From UHGV virus genome UHGV-0045964: 13,815 bases of DNA. One strand, given 5' to 3'. A program made the translations under genes and the position numbers. This stretch comes from a virus. The notes under the pieces were generated by a model. That model made no database searches. It saw nothing but the letters and a program-made list of their open reading frames with translations, and was not told the origin of the DNA. Below, piece by piece: positions 1 to 7,148 of this stretch; position 1 is the stretch's first letter, and each line of letters starts with the position of its first letter.

Positions 1-35
1 TAAAGGGTAATATATAACAGAAGGTTTATATAGTT

Positions 36-107
36 AGAAGCAAGGTTGTGCTTCTAAAGGAAGTGGCTTGAGGGAGCCACTTATATGTTGGGGAGGCAAC
101 GCCTCCC
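36..107 (-). terminator. Cluster of three perfect 7-bp hairpins just 3' of the porin stop; putative porin terminator region
   Basis: Inverted repeats agaagca/tgcttct (36-42/49-55), agtggct/agccact (62-68/75-81) and gggaggc/gcctccc (91-97/101-107), each with a 3-6 nt loop. Only the middle hairpin is followed by a U-rich tract on the minus strand, so the terminator assignment is tentative. Confidence 0.3.
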
Positions 108-132
108 GCAACATATCTTTTTCGTAATCAGA

Positions 133-1215
133 TTAGAACTGATACACCAGACCTACAGCGACGATGTCGTCGGTATCAATACCAGCTGTTTTGGTAAACT
201 TACTATCGTCAATTAAGTTGATTTTGTAATCAACAAAAGTGGACATGTTTTTATTAAAGTAGTAAGTAGCACCGACATCGACATACTTGACTAAGTCTCG
301 GTCACCATGAACACCAAGGTCTTTACCTTTTGACTGAAGGTAAGCAACAGATGGACGCAGACCGAAGTCAAACTGATATTGTGCTACTGCTTCAAAGTTT
401 TGTGCTTTGTTTGCAATATGGTTATTACCAAAAACGGTCATATTCTGAGTTTCAGAATATGTGGTAGCCAGATAGATATTGTTCGCATCATATTTCAGGC
501 CTGCAGCCCATACTTCCGCATTTTTGCCGGAGGCATTGAATTTGCTCTTACCATAGGCGACCTGACCGTCAGTGCGATCTGATTTAGCATAGGTTGCACC
601 CACGCCGAATCCTTCATACTCATAAGTAGCGGAGAAACCGAAACCATCACCATTGGCTTCAGTTACGTCAGTGCGGTCATTTTTACCCTGATACTGAGCA
701 GCAAAGTTCAGGCCATCGACCAGACCAAAGAAGTCGTTGTTACGATAAGTTGCAACACCAGTAGTGCGACCAGTCATGAACACATCTGTTTGGGTCCAGG
801 TATCACCACCGAATTCTGGCAGAACGTCAGTCCACGCACCGATGTCGTATGCTACACCGTAGTTACGGCCGTAATCGATTGAGCCGTAATCACCAAATTT
901 CAGGCCTGCAAATGCAAGACGGGTTTTGTCTTTGGAAGAACCTTGAGATTCAGCGCGGTTGCCTTTGAATTCATATTCCCACTGACCGAAACCAGTCAGT
1001 TGATCGTTGATTTGGGTTTCACCTTTGAAGCCAAGACGGGCATAAGTAGTATCACCATCATCTGCATCATTAGAGGAGAAGTAGTGCTTAGCATTAACTT
1101 TCCCGTACAGATCCAGCTTGTTACTGTCTTTATTATAAATTTCAGCTGCCTGAGCAGACATCGCCATCAGTACTGATGCAGCTACAGCAGAAATTGCCAC
1201 TGTTAATTTTTTCAT
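133..1215 (-). CDS. nmpC: Prophage-borne OmpC/OmpF-family general porin (NmpC/Lc-like), intact 360-aa precursor
   Basis: Minus-strand ORF. Start taken at ATG 1215..1213 (signal peptide [23 protein letters not shown], then AEIYNKD) rather than the upstream in-frame Met of the ORF track. Porin hallmarks include the C-terminal ...VGLVYQF; stop TAA at 135..133. Position on the opposite strand directly upstream of the lysis genes matches the nmpC/lc moron slot of DLP12/PA-2-type phages. Confidence 0.9.
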   Translation of the reverse strand: MKKLTVAISAVAASVLMAMSAQAAEIYNKDSNKLDLYGKVNAKHYFSSNDADDGDTTYARLGFKGETQINDQLTGFGQWEYEFKGNRAESQGSSKDKTRLAFAGLKFGDYGSIDYGRNYGVAYDIGAWTDVLPEFGGDTWTQTDVFMTGRTTGVATYRNNDFFGLVDGLNFAAQYQGKNDRTDVTEANGDGFGFSATYEYEGFGVGATYAKSDRTDGQVAYGKSKFNASGKNAEVWAAGLKYDANNIYLATTYSETQNMTVFGNNHIANKAQNFEAVAQYQFDFGLRPSVAYLQSKGKDLGVHGDRDLVKYVDVGATYYFNKNMSTFVDYKINLIDDSKFTKTAGIDTDDIVAVGLVYQF

Positions 1216-1642
1216 CGTGAGCCCTTTTTTTGAACTATTATTAAAAAATGATGTCACTGCGCGATAAATATTCATCTAATCAATGTGATTATTTCAAGAT
1301 GTAAGTTTTGGTTTCTCGTTTGATTTGTGAAGTAGATCTCTATTTTTATCTGAACTTTTTTCTATCGAATCCTATTCATGGCTCTTGGCTGAATAAAAAT
1401 AAATCTATTAGCCAATTTATATTAATGGCTGTTATTTATAAGTGCTCTATAATTTGAAGGTTCAATTTAAATCGGCTAAAAATAACGCTGGAAATTATTT
1501 GTTGGTTATTTGTTGAGATTTGCTTATGTATTTGTAGTGGTGTTTTCAATACTCGGTAGCATTCTCGCAAATATCATTTAGTGGTTTACGTACGTAAAAA
1601 ATTGGTTATGCTGTTAAGAGTGGTTACTTCGTCACACAGCTT

Positions 1643-1672
1643 AAACCCGCCGTCGAGCGGGTTTTTCCATTT
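1643..1672 (+). terminator. Intrinsic terminator upstream of the lysis cassette (tR'-like)
   Basis: Hairpin aaacccgc / loop cgtcga / gcgggttt followed by TTTTTCCATTTTTT, about 120 bp upstream of the holin start. Confidence 0.5.
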
Positions 1673-1787
1673 TTTGAGTCTCGATATTAGCTGATAACCC
1701 AATACCTGAGTTATTCACTGACTCCGAGTCTGTTACGTTTCGTAGTATTCCCTCAATTTACACCCGCTTTGTCTGCGAGGTGGGGTT

Positions 1788-2003
1788 ATGAAATCCATGG
1801 ATAAGTTAACAACGGGTGTCGCCTATGGCACCTCAGCAGGTAGTGCCGGGTACTGGTTTTTACAGCTGCTAGATAAAGTCACGCCCTCACAGTGGGCGGC
1901 AATTGGAGTGCTGGGTAGCCTGGTATTTGGCCTGCTGACGTACCTGACAAACCTTTATTTCAAGATTAAAGAAGATAAGCGCAAGGCTGCGAGAGGTGAA
2001 TAA
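1788..2003 (+). CDS. essD: Class II holin, phage 21 S21-type pinholin (71 aa) with dual-start motif
   Basis: Translation [26 protein letters not shown]...[15 protein letters not shown] matches the S21 pinholin family. Met1-Lys2-Ser3-Met4 gives the antiholin/holin dual start; two TMDs and a basic C-terminus; RBS gaggtgggg upstream; stop overlaps the endolysin start (TAATG). Confidence 0.9.
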
Positions 2004-2500
2004 TGCCTCCATCATTACGAAAAGCCGTTGCTGCTGCTATTGGTGGCGGAGCAATTGCTATAGCATCAGTGTTAATTACTGGCCCAAGTGGTAACGATGG
2101 TCTGGAAGGTGTCAGCTACATACCATACAAAGATATTGTTGGTGTATGGACTGTATGTCACGGGCATACAGGAAAAGACATCATGCTCGGTAAAACGTAT
2201 ACCAAAGCAGAATGCAAAGCACTCTTGAATAAAGACCTTGCCACTGTCGCCAGACAAATTAACCCGTACATCAAAGTCGATATACCGGAAACAACGCGCG
2301 GCGCTCTTTACTCATTCGTTTACAACGTGGGTGCTGGCAATTTCAGAACATCGACGCTTCTTCGCAAAATAAACCAGGGCGATATCAAAGGCGCATGTGA
2401 TCAGCTACGTCGCTGGACATATGCTGGCGGTAAGCAATGGAAAGGTCTCATGACTCGTCGTGAGATTGAGCGTGAAATCTGTTTGTGGGGTCAGCAATGA
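2003..2500 (+). CDS. rrrD: SAR (signal-anchor-release) endolysin, phage 21 R21-type lysozyme (165 aa)
   Basis: N-terminal Gly/Ala-rich weakly hydrophobic SAR segment ([20 protein letters not shown]) followed by a T4-lysozyme-like catalytic region (E...D...T in [16 protein letters not shown]); near-identical to R21 by recognition. Stop TGA overlaps the Rz start (ATGA). Confidence 0.9.
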   Translation: MPPSLRKAVAAAIGGGAIAIASVLITGPSGNDGLEGVSYIPYKDIVGVWTVCHGHTGKDIMLGKTYTKAECKALLNKDLATVARQINPYIKVDIPETTRGALYSFVYNVGAGNFRTSTLLRKINQGDIKGACDQLRRWTYAGGKQWKGLMTRREIEREICLWGQQ

Positions 2501-2958
2501 ACAGAGTAACCGCGATTATCTCCGCTCTGGTTATCTGCATCATCGTCTGCCTGTCATGGGCTGTTAATCATTACCGTGATAACGCCATTACCTACAAAGC
2601 CCAGCGCGACAAAAATGCCAGAGAACTGAAGCTGGCGAACGCGGCAATTACTGACATGCAGATGCGTCAGCGTGATGTTGCTGCGCTCGATGCAAAATAC
2701 ACGAAGGAGTTAGCTGATGCGAAAGCTGAAAATGATGCTCTGCGTGATGATGTTGCCGCTGGTCGTCGTCGGTTGCACATCAAAGCAGTCTGTCAGTCAG
2801 TGCGTGAAGCCACCACCGCCTCCGGCGTGGATAATGCAGCCTCCCCCCGACTGGCAGACACCGCTGAACGGGATTATTTCACCCTCAGAGAGAGGCTGAT
2901 CACTATGCAAAAACAACTGGAAGGAACCCAGAAGTATATTAATGAGCAGTGCAGATAG
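2497..2958 (+). CDS. Rz: Rz i-spanin (inner-membrane spanin subunit), lambda-type, 153 aa
   Basis: [29 protein letters not shown]... with N-terminal TMD and coiled-coil periplasmic domain; essentially lambda Rz by recognition. ATG 2497 preferred over GTG 2485 of the ORF track. Confidence 0.9.
   Translation: MNRVTAIISALVICIIVCLSWAVNHYRDNAITYKAQRDKNARELKLANAAITDMQMRQRDVAALDAKYTKELADAKAENDALRDDVAAGRRRLHIKAVCQSVREATTASGVDNAASPRLADTAERDYFTLRERLITMQKQLEGTQKYINEQCR
2717..2899 (+). CDS. Rz1: Rz1 o-spanin (outer-membrane lipoprotein), nested in the +1 frame inside Rz
   Basis: 60-aa ORF wholly inside Rz in another frame; perfect SD aaggag 7 nt upstream; lipobox LVVVG|C; proline-rich mature part ([15 protein letters not shown]) as in lambda Rz1. 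Confidence 0.88.
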   Translation: MRKLKMMLCVMMLPLVVVGCTSKQSVSQCVKPPPPPAWIMQPPPDWQTPLNGIISPSERG

Positions 2959-2989
2959 AGCTGCCCATATCGATGGGCAACTCATGCAA

Positions 2990-3283
2990 TTATTGTGAGC
3001 AATACACACGCGCTTCCAGCGGAGTATAAATGCCTAAAGTAATAAAACCGAGAAATCCATTTACGAATGTTTGCTGGGTTTCTGTTTTAACAACATTTTC
3101 TGCGCCGCCACAAATTTTGGCTGCATCAACAGTTTTCTCCTGTCCAATTCCCGAAACGAAGAAATGATGGGTGATGGTTTCCTTTGGTGTTACTGCTGTC
3201 GGTTTGTTTCCAACAGTAAACGTCTGTTGAGCACATCCTGTAATAAGCATTGCCAGAGCGGCAGAAAACAACATTTTTTTCAT
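2990..3283 (-). CDS. bor: Bor lipoprotein (serum-resistance / Iss-family outer-membrane lipoprotein), 97 aa
   Basis: Start taken at MKKMLFSAALAMLITG|CAQQ (lipobox) = ATG 3283..3281, not the longer ORF-track start at 3331; C-terminus ...EARVYCSQ; near-identical to lambda Bor by recognition. Confidence 0.9.
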   Translation of the reverse strand: MKKMLFSAALAMLITGCAQQTFTVGNKPTAVTPKETITHHFFVSGIGQEKTVDAAKICGGAENVVKTETQQTFVNGFLGFITLGIYTPLEARVYCSQ

Positions 3284-3464
3284 CTTATTATCCTGCATTG
3301 TTAAAAACGGCAGAATCCTATGTGACAACAATTAAACGATAGTTAAATGGATTGATGAAAATTAAAACTATATAGGTGGATGCTCAGCCTATTGGAGGAG
3401 GGGGGGGCACTCAGAATCCTGTGGAATGAAATAAACCGCTCTATCTGTCCATTACCCTTTTAGC

Positions 3465-3574
3465 TGCGCTGTATCGTCGCCGTATTCCCGCATTAACCAT
3501 GACCGTAGCCCGACGGGGAATTCCTTCTGCGTGAGTGTGCGGGAATAATCAAAAACGATGCACACCGGGTTTTA
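3465..3574. repeat. Conserved non-coding element, copy 1 (between bor and the ylcI-like gene); diverged copy at 5123..5233
   Basis: About 110 bp alignable to 5123..5233 with scattered substitutions; no ORF in either copy; contains a 10-bp inverted repeat tattcccgca (3483-3492) / tgcgggaata (3538-3547). Weaker similarity continues to about 3644. Confidence 0.7.
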
Positions 3575-3644
3575 CTGTGCTGACAGACGCAGGGTTACCC
3601 TCATAGTCGCTTTTCCGGTGCGATGGTGGAAGAAACCGGGATGT

Positions 3645-3839
3645 TCATCCATCATCACTTTGGATTGATGTATATGCTCTCTTTTCTGACGTTAGTCTCC
3701 GACGGCAGGCTTCAATGACCCAGGCTGAGAAATTCCCGGACCCTTTTTGCTCAAGAGCGATGTTAATTTGTTCAATCATTTGGTTAGGAAAGCGGATGTT
3801 GCGGGTTGTTGTTCTGCGGGTTCTGTTCTTTGTTGACAT
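3645..3839 (-). CDS. ylcI: Small YlcI-like (DUF3950) protein, 64 aa, possible ribbon-helix-helix DNA binder
   Basis: MSTKNRTRRTTTRNIRFPNQMIEQINIALEQKGSGNFSAWVIEACRRRL...; ATG at 3839..3837, stop at 3647..3645. Position just upstream of cos/Nu1 matches ylcI-nohD in DLP12. The RHH assignment is inferred from the basic N-terminus and Arc/MetJ-like pattern. Confidence 0.7.
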   Translation of the reverse strand: MSTKNRTRRTTTRNIRFPNQMIEQINIALEQKGSGNFSAWVIEACRRRLTSEKRAYTSIQSDDG

Positions 3840-4002
3840 GAGGTTGCCCCGTATTCAGTGTCGCTGATTTGTATTGTCTGAAGTTGTTTTTACGTTAAGT
3901 TGATGCAGATCAATTAATACGATACCTGCGTCATAATTGATTATTTGACGTGGTTTGATGGCGTAGATGCACGTTGTGACATGTAGATGATAATTATTAT
4001 CA

Positions 4003-4177
4003 TTTTGCGGGTCCTTTCCGGCGATCCGACAGGTTACGGGGCGGCGACCTCGCGGGTTTTCGCTATTTATGAAAATTTTCCGGCTTAAGGCGTTTCCGTT
4101 CTTCTTCGCCGTAACTTCATGTTTTTATTTAAAACACCCCCTAAAAAGAAAGGAAACGACAGGTGCTGAAAACGGGC
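4003..4177 (+). other. cos: cos site copy 1 (cosQ-proximal region, cosN, cosB sites R3-I1-R2), cut off by the scaffold gap before R1
   Basis: Lambda junction ...ccgacaggttacg|gggcggcgacct... with the 12-nt cohesive-end sequence GGGCGGCGACCT at 4039..4050; gpNu1 R-site motifs cgtttccgttct (R3) and inverted gaaaggaaacgacag (R2). Sequence stops at the N run 4178..4187. Confidence 0.85.
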
Positions 4178-4259
4178 NNNNNNNNNNTTAGTGCTGGCGA
4201 GCCTCGGTGGGCTGGTTTCCTGTGCGGCAAAGGTTCATTTCAAAGAGTAGGTACACGCT

Positions 4260-4757
4260 ATGAAATCATTAACCCTCTTCAATCAACCAATTCGTATCGG
4301 TGAAGATGGCATGATCTGCCTCACTGATATGTGGAAAGCCAGTGGTAAAAGTGAATCTGAATCGCCTTACCACTACCTGCGAAACAAGCAGACCAAAGAG
4401 TTCTTAGCCGAGCTGGAGAAAAACCACGAATCTGTGGTTTTTACTGAGCGCGGTGTACACGGTGGAACATATGGCGGGAAGTTTGTTGCTTACGATTATG
4501 CGGCTTGGTTAAACCCCGGGTTCAAGTACGCGGCCTATAAAGTCCTCGATGACTACTTCACCGGAGAACTTCAGCATCGCAACAGCTTAAGTGCGCAGCT
4601 CAACATGAAATGTCATGAGTTTGACCAGAAGAAAGACATGGCGAGCTTCTGCGGACAAGGGCTGGCAGCATGGCGCTATACGAAGCCAGTGTTGGTCGCT
4701 GAGATTAACTCCCTGGCTAACCAGCTGCAGATTACGATCCCCGGGCTTCCGGGATGA
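4260..4757 (+). CDS. KilA-N domain protein (165 aa), function unknown
   Basis: KilA-N/APSES-like signature ...VFTERGVHGGTYGGKFVAYDYAAWLNPGFKYAAYKVLDDYF...; no fused C-terminal Bro/ANT domain; stop overlaps the next ORF start (ATGA at 4754-4757). Confidence 0.75.
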   Translation: MKSLTLFNQPIRIGEDGMICLTDMWKASGKSESESPYHYLRNKQTKEFLAELEKNHESVVFTERGVHGGTYGGKFVAYDYAAWLNPGFKYAAYKVLDDYFTGELQHRNSLSAQLNMKCHEFDQKKDMASFCGQGLAAWRYTKPVLVAEINSLANQLQITIPGLPG

Positions 4758-5011
4758 GTGATCGTGTTATTGAATGCGCCTCCAGAGCGGGGCGCGACTT
4801 CTCAGAGTTCATGAAAGGCGAGAAGGGCATGATGGAAGCATTGGCCTCGGTGGATGAGTTTGGCGAGCAGCTGCGCCTCAACGGCTGTGTCAATCATCAC
4901 TTTGTTAGCTACATGATGCGGAACTCGATCATGCAGGCATTCATGGACATGGCAAAAGCCGAGAGGAAAGAAGAGCGCCGGCGTAAGCGAGCGGAAGCAA
5001 AAGCGAAGTAG
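4754..5011 (+). CDS. Hypothetical 85-aa protein, Met-rich with a strongly basic C-terminal tail, translationally coupled to the KilA-N gene
   Basis: ORF MSDRVIECASRAGRDFSEFMKGEKGMMEALASVDEFGEQLRLNGCVNHHFVSYMMRNSIMQAFMDMAKAERKEERRRKRAEAKAK; ATGA overlap with the upstream gene; a weak hairpin plus T-run follows (gggata...tatccc tttt, 5065-5090). Not recognised as any known family. Confidence 0.55.
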   Translation: MSDRVIECASRAGRDFSEFMKGEKGMMEALASVDEFGEQLRLNGCVNHHFVSYMMRNSIMQAFMDMAKAERKEERRRKRAEAKAK

Positions 5012-5122
5012 CCATTACAAAGCCTATCTACGGGTGGGCTTTGATAATGGCTTATACCCTACACGGGATAACTTAACTGATATCCCTTTTAAAGGATAAA
5101 GGTATTCAAGCCTGACACATCA

Positions 5123-5233
5123 TGCGCTGTATCGTCGCCGTATTCCCGTATTAACAGAGACCATAGCCCGACGGGGAACTCTTTCTGCGCGAGTGTGCGG
5201 GAATAATCAAAAACGATGCACACCGGGTTTTTA
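5123..5233. repeat. Conserved non-coding element, copy 2 (upstream of the second cos)
   Basis: Diverged copy of 3465..3574; inverted repeat retained as tattcccgta (5141-5150) / tgcgggaata (5196-5205), where the single arm change turns a G-C pair into a G-U wobble. Confidence 0.7.
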
Positions 5234-5332
5234 CCGCGTTTATGGTTCGCGGGTTTGTCCCTCATGCTCGCCAGTCCTGTGCGAGGGTGGAAGAAACCGG
5301 ATATTAATGCAAGTGATAAACATTCTCATTTT

Positions 5333-5533
5333 CTCGGGTCCTTTCCGGCGATCTGACAGGCTACGGGGCGGCGACCTCGCGGTTTTTCGCTATTTATGAA
5401 AATTTTCCGGTTTAAGGCGTTTCCGTTCTTCTTCGTCGTAACTTAATGTTTTTATTTAAAATACCCCCTGAAAAGAAAGGAAACGACAGGTGCTGAAAAC
5501 GGGCTTTTTGGCCTCTGTCGTTTCCTTTCTCTG
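5333..5533 (+). other. cos: cos site copy 2, complete (cosN, cosB with R3, I1-like AT-rich region, R2, R1)
   Basis: ...ctgacaggctacg|gggcggcgacct...; cosN 12-mer at 5366..5377; R-site motifs cgtttccgttct (about 5418-5430), gaaaggaaacgacag (about 5476-5490, inverted) and ctgtcgtttcctttctctg (5515-5533); Nu1 start follows at 5555. Confidence 0.88.
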
Positions 5534-5554
5534 TTTTTGGCCGTGGAATGAACA

Positions 5555-5726
5555 ATGGAAGTCAACAAAAAGCAGCTGGCTGACATTTTCGGCGCGAGTA
5601 TCCGTACCATTCAGAACTGGCAGGAGCAGGGAATGCCCGTTCTGCGGGGTGGTGGTAAGGGTAATGAGGTGCTTTATGATTCTGCCGCCGTCATAAAATG
5701 GTATGCCGAAAGGGATGCTGAAATTG
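5555..5726 (+). CDS. nu1: Terminase small subunit gpNu1, N-terminal piece (fragment 1 of 3; runs into the N gap)
   Basis: MEVNKKQLADIFGASIRTIQNWQEQGMPVLRGGGKGNEVLYDSAAVIKWYAERDAEI, the winged-HTH cosB-binding domain of lambda Nu1; ATG at 5555 as in lambda. Confidence 0.85.
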
Positions 5727-5736
5727 NNNNNNNNNN

Positions 5737-6231
5737 AAGTCAACAAAAAGCAGCTGGCTGACATTTTCGGTGCGAGTATCCGTACCATTCAGAACTGGCA
5801 GGAACAGGGAATGCCCGTTCTGCGAGGCGGTGGCAAGGGTAATGAGGTGCTTTATGACTCTGCCGCCGTTATAAAATGGTATGCCGAAAGGGATGCTGAA
5901 ATTGAGAACGAAAAGCTGCGCCGGGAGGTTGAAGAACTGCGGCAGGCCCGCGAGGCAGATCTCCAGCCAGGGACTATTGAGTACGAACGCCATCGACTTA
6001 CGCGTGCGCAGGCCGACGCACAGGAACTGAAGAATGCCAGAGACTCCGCTGAAGTGGTGGAAACCGCATTCTGTACTTTCGTGCTGTCGCGGATCGCAGG
6101 TGAAATTGCCAGTATTCTCGACGGGATCCCCCTGTCGGTGCAGCGGCGTTTTCCGGAACTGGAAAACCGACATGTTGATTTCCTGAAACGGGATATCATC
6201 AAAGCCATGAACAAAGCAGCCGCGCTGGATG
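5737..6231 (+). CDS. nu1: Terminase small subunit gpNu1, second allele fragment (residues about 3-166); overlaps fragment 1
   Basis: Restarts at ...aagtcaacaaaaag (codon 3) in frame 0. The 167-bp overlap with 5560-5726 differs at 7 positions, all synonymous third-base changes. Continues ...ENEKLRREVEELRQAREADLQPGTIEYERHRL... to the N run at 6232. Confidence 0.85.
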
Positions 6232-6241
6232 NNNNNNNNNN

Positions 6242-6610
6242 GAAAAGCTGCGCCGGGAGGTTGAAGAACTGCGGCTGGCCAGCGAGGCAGATCTTCACCC
6301 CGGAACACTTGAATTTGAGCGCCATCGCCTGACTCGTGCTCAGGCGACGGCGCAGGAACTGAAAAATGCCAAAGAATCGGCTGAAGTGGTGGAAACCGCA
6401 TTCTGTACTTTCGTGCTGTCGCGTATAGCAAGGGAAATATCCAGTATTCTCGACGGTATTCCTCTGTCGGTGCAGCGACGTTTTCCTGAGCTGGATAACC
6501 GGCATATTGATTTCCTGAAACGGGATATTATCAAAGCCATGAACAAAGCAGCCGCGCTGGATGAACTGATACCGGGGTTGCTGAGTGAATATATCGAACA
6601 GTCAGGTTGA
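6242..6610 (+). CDS. nu1: Terminase small subunit gpNu1, C-terminal fragment of a divergent allele, with stop
   Basis: EKLRREVEELRLASEADLHPGTLEFERHRLTRAQATAQELKNAKESAEVVETAF...ELIPGLLSEYIEQSG*; stop TGA 6608-6610; overlaps 5909-6231 with several amino-acid differences. Confidence 0.85.
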   Translation, partial: EKLRREVEELRLASEADLHPGTLEFERHRLTRAQATAQELKNAKESAEVVETAFCTFVLSRIAREISSILDGIPLSVQRRFPELDNRHIDFLKRDIIKAMNKAAALDELIPGLLSEYIEQSG

Positions 6611-6858
6611 CAGGCTGCGGCATTTTGTCCGCGCCGGGCTTCGTGCCCTGTTCAGGCCGGAGCCACAGACCGCCGTTGAATGGGCGGATGCCAATTACTA
6701 TCTCCCGAAAGAATCCGCATACCAGGAAGGGCGCTGGGAAACACTGCCCTTTCAGCGGGCCATCATGAATGCGATGGGCAGCGACTACATCCGTGAGGTG
6801 AATGTGGTGAAGTCTGCCCGTGTCGGTTATTCCAAAATGCTGCTGGGTGTTTATGCCT
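6585..6858 (+). CDS. A: Terminase large subunit gpA, N-terminal fragment (1 of 3)
   Basis: GTG start at 6585 overlapping the Nu1 3' end by 26 nt as in lambda; MNISNSQVDRLRHFVRAGLRALFRPEPQTAVEWADANYYLPKESAYQEGRW...; ends at the N run 6859. Confidence 0.85.
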
Positions 6859-6868
6859 NNNNNNNNNN

Positions 6869-7138
6869 CCTTTCAGCGGGCCATCATGAATGCGATGGGC
6901 AGTGACTACGTCCGCGAGGTGAATGTGGTGAAGTCTGCCCGTGTTGGTTATTCCAAAATGCTGCTGGGTGTTTATGCCTACTTCATAGAGCATAAGCAAC
7001 GCAACACCCTTATCTGGTTGCCGACGGATGGTGATGCCGAGAACTTCATGAAAACCCACGTTGAGCCGACCATACGTGATATTCCGTCGCTGCTGGCGCT
7101 GGCCCCGTGGTATGGCAAAAAGCACCGGGATAACACGC
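6869..7138 (+). CDS. A: Terminase large subunit gpA, alternative-allele internal fragment (2 of 3)
   Basis: Frame-1 piece FQRAIMNAMGSDYVREVNVVKSARVGYSKMLLGVYAYFIEHKQRNTLIWLPTDGDAENFMK...HRDNT; overlaps both flanking fragments (6749-6858 and 7149-7324) with few differences. Confidence 0.8.
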
Positions 7139-7148
7139 NNNNNNNNNN

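Noticed and set aside
379-1176. Plus-strand ORFs 379..582 and 943..1176 inside the porin gene
   Set aside because: Antisense to a confidently identified porin CDS; hydrophobic low-complexity translations.
133-1275. Extended porin start ([20 protein letters not shown]...) from the ORF track
   Set aside because: The canonical signal peptide begins at the internal MKKLTVAIS (ATG 1215); the extension has no porin homology and would bury the signal peptide.
2485-2496. GTG start for Rz at 2485 (MGSAMNRV...)
   Set aside because: The ATG at 2497 gives the lambda-like N-terminus MNRVTAII and the usual ATGA overlap with the endolysin stop.
2797-3304. ORFs 2797..3009 (-) and 3071..3304 (+) overlapping Rz/Rz1 and bor
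   Set aside because: Antisense to known genes; Gly-run and Cys-rich translations with no start context.
5193-5399. 68-aa ORF spanning the second cos site
   Set aside because: It covers cosN and the cosB protein-binding sites, which are non-coding in lambda, and has no RBS.
5691-6546. Long minus-strand ORFs (5691..6431, 5852..6505, 6340..6546) antisense to Nu1
   Set aside because: They run through N gaps and duplicated overlaps (X residues in the translation), lie antisense to a well-supported lambda gene, and have no start or RBS context; they are artefacts of open antisense frames in GC-rich coding sequence.
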